Made by a program: the position numbers and the translations under genes. From Alphaproteobacteria bacterium (GTDB lineage: Bacteria > Pseudomonadota > Alphaproteobacteria > Rickettsiales > UBA998), in assembly GCA_004292675.1 (NCBI GenBank), contig RDXO01000017.1:17099-81098 (forward strand): DNA of 64,000 nt, in the 5' to 3' direction. A model generated the notes under the pieces. The model saw nothing but the letters and a program-made list of their open reading frames with translations. It was not told the origin of the DNA and did not search any database. The first letter of the stretch is position 1; each line of letters opens with the position of its first letter. Shown piece by piece: positions 9,494 through 18,238 of this stretch.

Positions 9494-10562
9494 CGGCTTT
9501 CCTGATCAGATCAGTGTTGTTGGGCGGGAAGCCATTGAGCTGTCGCCATAATTCAAATCCAAGTGGCACGGTATCAAGTAATACCCATGCTTGTACTTTC
9601 GATCCATAACGTAGGTAGGTTTCATTAGGCCAGTGATAAGAACCATCATGATGTGGGGTGGATTCTGTGATGGGTTCTGGTAGAATCAAGACACGAAATT
9701 TTCCGCTTAAAGATGCCGCAGGATCAACGGATAAAACACGCCCACGGAATGTTCCCACTGCCGTTTCAGGCCATCCACTAAATTGCAGGGCAGGCCACCC
9801 TTCAAAGATCATACGTACTTCGCGGTTAGGCTTGACAAGAGGCGCATCAAGACCGCTGATAAAAAGTTCTACTGCCATCGAATTATTATCGGGCAAAATA
9901 TCTGCCAAGCGATCACCGCTTTTCACAAAACTTGCCGTGCCTGATGTGCGCATATTGGTAATCATCCCATCAGTAGGGGCAATGATTTCTTGGGTGGAAA
10001 GGCGGGAAAGTTGCACTTGCGATTTATTAAAGGATGCCCGAGCATCGCGTGCTTTGGCTTTTTTCTCTTTATAGACGATTTTAGCCTTTTCATATTCTTT
10101 TCGTGATGCAAGCCCTTGACGGAAAAGATTTTCTTGTCGCTTATAATCGAGGCGGGCAGTATCGCTTGCAATCTCTGCATACTCAACTTTTTGGCGCATG
10201 GCATCCCGATCGCCTTCTAAGCGTTGCAATAATTGCGGATCATTATCCACTAAACGAGCAATGATTGTTCCTGCTTTCACATGCTGTCCATCACGCACCA
10301 GCCATTCTTGAATCCGCCCATCGATCATAGCGGTGATAGGTTGTGGGCGTTGTGCGGGATCAAGCGCGGTGATCGTTCCTTGTCCTTCAGAGGTTTGCAC
10401 CCATGGCGTGAACATGAGTCCTACAAACATCACGAGCAAGGCCGTTAATAACATGCGCGCAATAAATCGTCCTGCACGGGGCATACGCTGGTTGTGCAAC
10501 GTCGTAAATAGGTTCGTATGCTCTGGGTTATATTGAATATGGATGATTGGTTCTGCGCCCAT
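9480..10562 (-). CDS. HlyD family membrane fusion protein
   Basis: TM then PWVQT..G, lipoyl-like hairpin (IDGRIQEWLVRDGQHVKAG), FEGWPALQFSGWP motif. Confidence 0.9.
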   Translation of the reverse strand: MGAEPIIHIQYNPEHTNLFTTLHNQRMPRAGRFIARMLLTALLVMFVGLMFTPWVQTSEGQGTITALDPAQRPQPITAMIDGRIQEWLVRDGQHVKAGTIIARLVDNDPQLLQRLEGDRDAMRQKVEYAEIASDTARLDYKRQENLFRQGLASRKEYEKAKIVYKEKKAKARDARASFNKSQVQLSRLSTQEIIAPTDGMITNMRTSGTASFVKSGDRLADILPDNNSMAVELFISGLDAPLVKPNREVRMIFEGWPALQFSGWPETAVGTFRGRVLSVDPAASLSGKFRVLILPEPITESTPHHDGSYHWPNETYLRYGSKVQAWVLLDTVPLGFELWRQLNGFPPNNTDLIRKADVKK

Positions 10563-10573
10563 GACTATGCTCC

Positions 10574-12307
10574 TTATCGCTCACTGTGACGATGCGCTTC
10601 ATAGTCGGCGCGTGATTGATAATAATATTGGGTGGTTGCTGTGATGTCCATATAACCATCAAAGCCATCCAAAAATTGCGCATTGCTGCAATAGAGGAAG
10701 GTGAATGGCAAGCCCATGATCCGTTGCAATATACGTTCACGCACGTCGCTATGCAGTGCATCAAACAGACCGTTAATAATCAACATACGCGGACGCGCAA
10801 GAAGTGCTGCGGCTAATTTCAAACGCATCATTTCCGAAAAATGCAGTGGATCACCCGAGGGGCGAATGATGGTATCTAAGCCTTCAGGGAAGTCTAAGAT
10901 GATCCTATCTAATTCCACCATATGTAGGGCATCGATCATCTCATCATGGGTGGCATCGTCTTTGCTTAAGCTGAGCCAATGGCGTACACTGCATTCCATC
11001 ATATGATGATTATCAAGGATGATCACGCCATCTTCAACGGAACGGGCATCTAAATCACGAAGATTGATGCCGCCGAGGGCAATGCGCCCTTTATAATGAT
11101 GAGTATTTTTGCGGATGAGTTCAAAGAGGTAATATTCAATCTGATGGGTTGCGATGCGCGCCATGATATTTGATCCCGCAGCAAGAGCAAAATCAAAGAT
11201 GATGGGTTCAGTCTGCCCATGATAATGCACATGCTGCATTTCTAAACGTATCGCGTCTGCTTCAGGGAGTATCAGCGATCCTTCTTGGTGATGGGGAGGG
11301 AGCGTATAAAAATCGGTCATTTTCTTGCAGGAGGTGAATAAATCATAGAAATCATTCAAATGATAAGCAAGGCGGGTGATGTTGTAAAAAATAGCAGCCA
11401 TGATTAATTCGGCGGCTACTAATTGTGCAATCGTCAATTCTGCTCGAATAACCAACATGCCACCAATACCAAGCAAGGTGGAGCTTCCTAAGGCATAGAG
11501 AAGCAAAAAGCTGATATGCTGTGAGAAATAACTACGGAAAAACTTCTGCCGCTTCATGACATAATCGGCAGAAGCCTCATTGACGCGCTCACATGCGTGA
11601 ATGGTGTGCCGTTGTGAACGAAAAAGGGGATTATAAAGCGTTAATTCGCTAATAATCCGAGCAGTTTCATATTTGGCATCGGATACTTTAGTTGCGCGAT
11701 ATTTCGCTTGATGACACCAAAGTCGCCACACCACAAAGACATACACGGCGGTAAACATATTTAGTGCAAACAAAAAAGGATGGTATAAGGATACCAGAAC
11801 TAATCCTACGGAGGCTTGCAAAATTAGGGAAAATCCTCGCACCAACAGGCTTGGCAATGTTTTTTGAATATTCATGATTTCAAAATAGCGATTCGCAAGC
11901 GTGGTAGGATTGCGATCCGCGAGTGCATACGGATCGCAATAGAGCAAGCGTAATGTTATATCGCGGGTGATGCGCGTATAGATATGGCGTTCCATCGTCT
12001 CAACAATATAAATTTTCAAAGAATTGAGTAGTGCGGAAAATAAGAGTACCACGCATAAAATCATCGCTAAAATAATGATAGGCATCATCATCATCATGTT
12101 GGTGACGCTGCTGATGAGTGCTTGCACGGAAATAGGGATGGCGAGCGTAAATAAACTTGTGACAATGCCATAAAGGAACAAGGCAACGTAAAACCTACGT
12201 TCAGGAGCAAGTATGGTTTTGGCTAATGACCAAAAACTTGGAAGTTCTGTTTTATATGATGTGGGTTCTTCCATAGATGAATCGGTAATAGAGTGTAATA
12301 TATCCAT
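10574..12307 (-). CDS. ABC exporter transmembrane domain plus degenerate nucleotide-binding domain (T1SS-like)
   Basis: ABC TMD (LAIPISVQALI, NRYFEIMNIQK, LTIAQLVAAELI); no Walker A; signature region reads LHFSEMMRL. Confidence 0.8.
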   Translation of the reverse strand: MDILHSITDSSMEEPTSYKTELPSFWSLAKTILAPERRFYVALFLYGIVTSLFTLAIPISVQALISSVTNMMMMMPIIILAMILCVVLLFSALLNSLKIYIVETMERHIYTRITRDITLRLLYCDPYALADRNPTTLANRYFEIMNIQKTLPSLLVRGFSLILQASVGLVLVSLYHPFLFALNMFTAVYVFVVWRLWCHQAKYRATKVSDAKYETARIISELTLYNPLFRSQRHTIHACERVNEASADYVMKRQKFFRSYFSQHISFLLLYALGSSTLLGIGGMLVIRAELTIAQLVAAELIMAAIFYNITRLAYHLNDFYDLFTSCKKMTDFYTLPPHHQEGSLILPEADAIRLEMQHVHYHGQTEPIIFDFALAAGSNIMARIATHQIEYYLFELIRKNTHHYKGRIALGGINLRDLDARSVEDGVIILDNHHMMECSVRHWLSLSKDDATHDEMIDALHMVELDRIILDFPEGLDTIIRPSGDPLHFSEMMRLKLAAALLARPRMLIINGLFDALHSDVRERILQRIMGLPFTFLYCSNAQFLDGFDGYMDITATTQYYYQSRADYEAHRHSER

Positions 12308-12353
12308 AGTTAGATGTGGTACAAAGAATATGTTTTTGCAAGAGCGAAGATGG

Positions 12354-13337
12354 CTATTGTATCAAATTGATGATGTTGCGTGCTAAACGGCTCGCTTCAT
12401 CAAGTCGTAGCCCGCCCACCCACAGCGGATGAATATCTTGCAAAGAACGTGCATAATCACTTTCTATCATAGATTGCATAAAGGATCGGTGTTTATCAGA
12501 CATGGCATCACGCGGGGCGTATAAATAAAGCGGTTTACCAACAAAAGCCGCCTCAGAAACCATAGAAATGGAATCTGCGGTGACAATGCAACGATCCGCT
12601 TGTGCAAGCCACGCATGATAGGGGTTTTCTCCCTCTTGTCCAATATGATAGACATGCATCCGTGTGAGGGGATAGAGTTTGGAAAATTCATCCATCACGG
12701 CGCGTAGTAAGGCATGGGGCGTGCGACGGCTTGGGGTGAGCAGTAACGTGCCGCCCTCATGCGCTAAGGGAGCAAGCAACTGCACAAGATGCAGCGCATC
12801 GGATAAACGAAACGATCCATGCGGGGTGTTGCCACCAAGGGCGAGCATCGTCCATGGCTTAGGAAATATATCAGGATTTAAGGGGAGGCGGGCGCGTGCT
12901 TCAAATAATAGGGTGTCCGTCAATAGGTGTGGCGCACCAAAAGAAGTGACAATATTGCCACGTTCTTCTATTCCATCATGTTGTGGCAGAATAATTAGAT
13001 CAAACTGCGATAAGGGTAATTCAGGATGCATCAAATGCACTAATTTGGTGCTAGGATGCGTGCGTTTAATATGGTGTGCAACGGGAGCAGCGCGCCTTCC
13101 TGCGGCAATCACCACATCAGGCCAAGGAGGGCGAATATGTACACGACTCGCTTTGATAAGTCCCATCAATCCATAAAAATGCAACGCGTTGGGTAATTGC
13201 GCCAAACGGTTATATTCAAGATGTTTTTCAACAATCGTAAAGCCCGTTGCCCGCGCAAGTCCTATTACTTGATTGGCGGTTCCAGGGCGATGATCAAGTA
13301 ATGTCCAGCATAAAGTCATGGAAAAATAATAATGCAA
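12354..13337 (-). CDS. Mitochondrial fission ELM1 family protein
   Basis: GTANQVIGLA, PPWPDVVIAAGRR, FDLIILPQHD, TPSRRTP, NPY..WLA.AD..IVTADSISMVSEA. Confidence 0.9.
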   Translation of the reverse strand: MHYYFSMTLCWTLLDHRPGTANQVIGLARATGFTIVEKHLEYNRLAQLPNALHFYGLMGLIKASRVHIRPPWPDVVIAAGRRAAPVAHHIKRTHPSTKLVHLMHPELPLSQFDLIILPQHDGIEERGNIVTSFGAPHLLTDTLLFEARARLPLNPDIFPKPWTMLALGGNTPHGSFRLSDALHLVQLLAPLAHEGGTLLLTPSRRTPHALLRAVMDEFSKLYPLTRMHVYHIGQEGENPYHAWLAQADRCIVTADSISMVSEAAFVGKPLYLYAPRDAMSDKHRSFMQSMIESDYARSLQDIHPLWVGGLRLDEASRLARNIINLIQ

Positions 13338-13465
13338 GAAAGTCAGTGTTGCTAGTTTTTTATCTGTTTGAAGAAGTTTCGCTACGTGTGCGCTTGCTTT
13401 TATGAGATATTTGTGCCATAGCTGATTTTATTATCACTTAGCAATGTTCAAGAGAGTGCTTTATT

Positions 13466-14374
13466 ATGAATCTACGTCTTATTATGTTGGGCTGTACTTT
13501 ATTATCTGCCACCTTATCCTATGCCACGACAGCGGATGCAACGCCAAGCGTTGCGGGAGTGAGTGCGCCAACCCAAGGGCAAGATTATGTGATCTTGACG
13601 ATCAACGGGCAGCAAGTGCGCAAATCTGAAGTGGAAGCGATTTGGAGTTCACTCTTTCCAGCAGGGACTGCGCCACAATTTTCTACAATGGAAGAAACCG
13701 TGAAGCAAAATCTGTTGCGTGGCGTTATTGGGGAATATCTGTTGATGTCGAAAGCGGTAGAAGCGAATCTTGAGCAAAAGCCTGAGGTGAAACAAAAACT
13801 TGAAGCAATGAGAAAGAAAATCCTCGTTGATTCCTTTTTGCAAGAAAAATCATCTAGTCTTGTCACGCCTGCATCCGTCAAATTAGAATATGAAACACAA
13901 AAAGCAAGTTCAGCGAATGAGCAAGAAGTGCGTGCAAGCCATATTTTGGTGAAAACAGAGCAAGAAGCGAAGGCATTACTGACTAAAATCAAGGCGGGGA
14001 GTCCGTTTGAAGAAGTTGCAAAGACAGCATCAGTAGATAAAGCGAGTGCGGTGTCAGGTGGTGATCTTGGCTATTTTGTCAAAGATGGTGCGATGGTTCC
14101 TTCGTTCTCGCAAGCAGCATTTGCGCTAGAAAAAGGTGCTATTTCTGAGCCTGTACAATCAGAATTTGGGTGGCATATCATCAAAATAGTGGATAAACGC
14201 GTGCGTGCCATCAAGCCTTTTGCAGAAGAGAAAGAAAAAATTGAGCAAAAATTACGCGCTAATGCCTTGGGTGATTATATTAACTCCCTAGTAGAAAGTG
14301 CGAATGTCCAATATTTCAATGAAAAAGGTGAAAAGTTGGTGTTAACGAATGGCGCACAAGAACATAAGCATTAA
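13466..14374 (+). CDS. Parvulin (PpiC)-type peptidyl-prolyl isomerase, PrsA/SurA-like
   Basis: Signal peptide, VRASHILV, GGDLGYF, MVPSFSQAAF, SEPVQSEFGWHII. Confidence 0.92.
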   Translation: MNLRLIMLGCTLLSATLSYATTADATPSVAGVSAPTQGQDYVILTINGQQVRKSEVEAIWSSLFPAGTAPQFSTMEETVKQNLLRGVIGEYLLMSKAVEANLEQKPEVKQKLEAMRKKILVDSFLQEKSSSLVTPASVKLEYETQKASSANEQEVRASHILVKTEQEAKALLTKIKAGSPFEEVAKTASVDKASAVSGGDLGYFVKDGAMVPSFSQAAFALEKGAISEPVQSEFGWHIIKIVDKRVRAIKPFAEEKEKIEQKLRANALGDYINSLVESANVQYFNEKGEKLVLTNGAQEHKH

Positions 14375-14383
14375 GGGGTAGGG

Positions 14384-15157
14384 ATGGATTTTTTAGCGAC
14401 CATTGGGCGCGCTTGCTTTTTGTTCATGGAATATGTGGGGCGCGTGGTGTTGTTTGCTAAAGATGGCATGATGCCACTCTTTTCACCGCCATGGTATCCA
14501 CGGCAGATTCTGTATCATGTGCGCGAAGTGGGGTATTATTCCCTTCCCGTCATTGGACTCACCGCGATCTTCACGGGCGCGGTGCTTGCCTTGCAAAGCT
14601 ATAGTGGCTTTTCACGTTTTTCAGCGGAAAGCACTATTCCAACTGTGGTGGTGCTTTCCATCACGCGTGAGCTTGGACCGGTGCTTGTTGGGTTGATGGT
14701 GGCAGGGCGTATTGGTGCGGCATGTGCAGCGGAGATCGGCACGATGCGCGTGACGGAGCAGATTGATGCCCTCATGACGCTTTCTACCAATCCGTTTCGT
14801 TATTTGATCTTCCCGCGACTTTTAGCAGGGATGTTGATGTTGCCGTGCCTTGTGCTGATTGCTGATGTGATTGGTGTGATGGGAGGCTATCTTGTGAGTG
14901 TGCATAAATTAGGTTTTTCTGAAGCACCCTATATCATCAATACGCTTGCCTATCTTGAGTGGCGCGATGTGTTTTCTGGCGTAGTGAAGGCGGGAGCGTT
15001 TGGGTTTATTGTGACCTTGATGGGCTGTTTTCATGGGTATTATTCCCGTGGAGGCGCGCAAGGTGTGGGGATTGCTACCACCAATGCCGTGGTTTCTGCT
15101 TCGATCATGATTTTGCTGAGCAACTATATGATTACTGAATTATTTTTTGCGTTATAA
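14384..15157 (+). CDS. mlaE: MlaE family lipid asymmetry ABC permease
   Basis: RELGPVL, AGRIGA..AAEIGTMRVTEQIDAL, GGAQGVG.ATT.AVV. Confidence 0.93.
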   Translation: MDFLATIGRACFLFMEYVGRVVLFAKDGMMPLFSPPWYPRQILYHVREVGYYSLPVIGLTAIFTGAVLALQSYSGFSRFSAESTIPTVVVLSITRELGPVLVGLMVAGRIGAACAAEIGTMRVTEQIDALMTLSTNPFRYLIFPRLLAGMLMLPCLVLIADVIGVMGGYLVSVHKLGFSEAPYIINTLAYLEWRDVFSGVVKAGAFGFIVTLMGCFHGYYSRGGAQGVGIATTNAVVSASIMILLSNYMITELFFAL

Positions 15158-15164
15158 AAGTGTT

Positions 15165-15920
15165 ATGAATTCTGTACCTAAAATTCGCGTCCTCGATCTT
15201 CATAAATCCTTTGCACGCCCCATTTTGCAGGGTGTATCTTTCGATGTGCAACCGCAAGAATCATTGGTGGTGATTGGAGGTTCGGGTACAGGAAAATCCG
15301 TGTTGCTTAAAGCGATCTTGGGGTTGATTAGCCCTGATGCAGGGAGTATCTCTATCGACGGCAGCGAAACGGTGGGGTGTTCCACACGAGAGCGGGAGCA
15401 GTGGATGCAACGTTTTGGGATGTTGTTCCAAGGGGGGGCATTATTTGATAGTTTGACGGTGTGGGAAAATATCACCTTTGCTGTGCGGCAACGACAAAAA
15501 ATGCCCAAAGCACATGCGATTGAAAAAGCGATAGAAAAATTGAAAAGTGTCGGCTTAAAACAAGATGTAGCCTTTCAGCACCCTTCTGAACTTTCGGGGG
15601 GGATGCAAAAACGTGTGGCATTAGCACGGGCAATATGCGGTGATCCTGATATTATCTTTTTTGATGAACCCACCACGGGGCTTGACCCAATTATGGCGGA
15701 AGTGATCAATGAATTGATTGTCTCATGCTGCAAAGAGATCGGCGCAACTGCCATCACCATCACCCATGATATGCATAGTGCGCGCACGATTGCGGATCGC
15801 ATTGCCATGCTCTATCACGGGAAACTTATTTGGCATGGTCATGCAGCGGATGTCATGGATAGCGGTAATTCGTATGTTGATCAATTTGTGCATGGCAGGT
15901 CTCTAGGACCGATTGAATAG
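15165..15920 (+). CDS. mlaF: MlaF family ABC ATP-binding protein
   Basis: GGSGTGKS, LFQGGALFDS, LSGGMQKRV, DEPTTGLDP; adjacent to mlaE. Confidence 0.9.
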   Translation: MNSVPKIRVLDLHKSFARPILQGVSFDVQPQESLVVIGGSGTGKSVLLKAILGLISPDAGSISIDGSETVGCSTREREQWMQRFGMLFQGGALFDSLTVWENITFAVRQRQKMPKAHAIEKAIEKLKSVGLKQDVAFQHPSELSGGMQKRVALARAICGDPDIIFFDEPTTGLDPIMAEVINELIVSCCKEIGATAITITHDMHSARTIADRIAMLYHGKLIWHGHAADVMDSGNSYVDQFVHGRSLGPIE

Positions 15921-15924
15921 TTGA

Positions 15925-17727
15925 TTAGCTCGCTTTGAATTGTTGCTGTGCCAAGGTATGGTATAATTCATGCGAGGCAAAAAGCTCATCATGCGTTCCA
16001 ACGGCATCAATCGCACCATCATGCATCACAAGAATCTTATCAGCATTGCGTACTGTTGCCAAACGATGCGCGATCACAAGGGTAGTGCGCCCCTGCATCA
16101 CCCGTGTGAGAGCTTCTTGTACCTTGCGCTCATTTTCAGAATCAAGCGCAGAGGTAGCTTCATCAAGGAGCAACAGATCGGGAGCGCGAATGATGGCACG
16201 CGCAATAGAAATACGTTGCTTTTGCCCACCTGAAAGACGTATGCCTTTTTCGCCAAGATAGCTCTCAAATCCTTGCGGTAATTGCTCAATGAACTCTAAG
16301 ATTTCCGCATCATGCGCTGCTTGACGAATGGCATCCATGGTTGCATGGGGCGTACCAAGCGCGATATTCTCCCGCGCACTTGCTGAAAAAATCATAGGGT
16401 CTTGTGACACCACTGCCATGCGTTGACGCAAAGCACCAATATCATAATGATGTAGGGGGGTGTCATTGCACAGAATCTTGCCTGATGCGGGGTCGTAATA
16501 ACGCAACAACATACGAAAGAGGGTGCTTTTTCCACTTCCTGATGCACCGACAATCGCCACCGTTTCGCCACGCTCGACCGTGAAGGATATGTGGTTCAGC
16601 GCGGGTATATCGGGACGTGATGGATAGAAGAACTGCACATCTTCAAACCGCAATGTGCCAAGTGGGGCATCGGGTAGGGGAACAGGAGGAATAGTATGCA
16701 GTAAGGTTGATTCCGTTTGCTTGATCTCCGCTAAGCGTTCCACTGCACCAGCGGCGCGTTGCATATCGCCAATAACTTCACTGATCGCGCCTGTAGAGCC
16801 TGCAACTACAACAGCATAGAATACAAAGGAAGAAAGCTCGCCCGCGCTCATTGTACCCGCAAGTACATTTTGTCCGCCAATCCATAATACGGTGGCAATA
16901 GCCCCTAAAACTAAGGTGATCACTAAGGCGGTGAGTTGGGCGCGCATGGCAATGCGGGCGCGTGCCGTGGTGAGTGATGCCGTCACATGATCATGAAATT
17001 GTTGCTCATGGCGTTCTTCTAAGGTAAATGCTTGGATCGTTTGGATGGCGTAGATGGTCTCTTCAGCATGTACATTGAGATCGGCAATTTTATCTTGCGT
17101 TGCCCGCGAAAGCGCACGGACTTTTTTGCCAATAATAATGATTGGAGTGACCACCAAAGGCACAATCAGCAATACATAGGCGGTGAGTTCTATGCTGGTA
17201 GAAAACAGCATAATCAGCCCACCACATAAAAGTAGGATATTACGAAGTGCAACCGATACCGAACTGCCAACAACGGCTTGAATCAGCGTTGTATCGGTTG
17301 TGATGCGTGATAGTAGCTCGCCTGTGCGATGTGTTTCAAAAAAGCACGCATCCAGATGCAATAAATGATGATATATATCACGGCGCATCTGTGCGACTAC
17401 GCGCTCCCCAATCCATGAAACAAGGAAATAACGGGCATATGTCGTGCCTGCAAGCAGCAGAATCACCGCGAATAAGAGGAGGAAAGAGCGATCAAGCAAA
17501 GCGCGATCACCCTGTGCAATGCCCTCATCAACTAAGGTGCGCAAAGCATAGCCTAGCCCCAAAACAGAAGATGACGTGATAAGTAATGCTAATAATGCGC
17601 ATACCACCATCAGACGATGCGGAGCGATATAATGGCGTAAATAGTGTAAACTTCCTAACGATCCCTTGGCTAGGGTTGCCGATGAATTCGGCACAGAACT
17701 ATCCCTAGACATGCGCATAGTATGCAA
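15925..17727 (-). CDS. ABCB-type exporter, fused TMD and ATPase (MsbA-like family)
   Basis: GASGSGKS, LSGGQKQR, DEATSALD, IAHRL. Confidence 0.92.
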   Translation of the reverse strand: MHTMRMSRDSSVPNSSATLAKGSLGSLHYLRHYIAPHRLMVVCALLALLITSSSVLGLGYALRTLVDEGIAQGDRALLDRSFLLLFAVILLLAGTTYARYFLVSWIGERVVAQMRRDIYHHLLHLDACFFETHRTGELLSRITTDTTLIQAVVGSSVSVALRNILLLCGGLIMLFSTSIELTAYVLLIVPLVVTPIIIIGKKVRALSRATQDKIADLNVHAEETIYAIQTIQAFTLEERHEQQFHDHVTASLTTARARIAMRAQLTALVITLVLGAIATVLWIGGQNVLAGTMSAGELSSFVFYAVVVAGSTGAISEVIGDMQRAAGAVERLAEIKQTESTLLHTIPPVPLPDAPLGTLRFEDVQFFYPSRPDIPALNHISFTVERGETVAIVGASGSGKSTLFRMLLRYYDPASGKILCNDTPLHHYDIGALRQRMAVVSQDPMIFSASARENIALGTPHATMDAIRQAAHDAEILEFIEQLPQGFESYLGEKGIRLSGGQKQRISIARAIIRAPDLLLLDEATSALDSENERKVQEALTRVMQGRTTLVIAHRLATVRNADKILVMHDGAIDAVGTHDELFASHELYHTLAQQQFKAS

Positions 17728-17732
17728 TGCCT

Positions 17733-18098
17733 CTATGAACCTAAGTTCAAAGTAAATTCACCACCCGTATGGTAGTTCAGCTCCGTTGCTAACATCACAG
17801 TGAGCGTAACTTTTGAACGCGAAACCCAATCTTTTCCTGAGTCACTTGGTGTAAAAACGGTCAAGCCACTGAGGGGAGAGCGCAATTCCAAGGTGGAATA
17901 ATCCGCTGCAATGTCGATGTGAAAGACAGTGTGCGTATCCGCAACAATAATAAGTTCACGTTCACCACAGGATAAATCGATACGCGCTTCTGTATCTTCA
18001 GCTTCGATGACATCGAAAAGGCGATTGATCCATAAAGTGGTTGCGTGGGCGCGATTATGTAGTACTAGTTCATTTAATTGTTTTGTCATACCTATCAT
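17733..18098 (-). CDS. Divergent frataxin/CyaY-like protein
   Basis: Acidic helix LFDVIEAED, SPLSG motif, W..L..L..EL end; the conserved INxQ and W of CyaY are absent. Confidence 0.55.
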   Translation of the reverse strand: MIGMTKQLNELVLHNRAHATTLWINRLFDVIEAEDTEARIDLSCGERELIIVADTHTVFHIDIAADYSTLELRSPLSGLTVFTPSDSGKDWVSRSKVTLTVMLATELNYHTGGEFTLNLGS

Positions 18099-18238
18099 CC
18101 TTTATAGTGGGATGTTCATTATTCTTTTGTCAACTGGCTAAAAAATGTCTATATGTATTTTTTCATGCCCAACATAATCTATTCTTCTCAAAACTTCCAG
18201 TATTTTTTAGCAACCTGCACCGATAAACCAAAAATAAA

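Noticed and set aside
14384-15920. mlaE-mlaF without mlaD
   Set aside because: Split mla loci are common in alphaproteobacteria; mlaD may be elsewhere.
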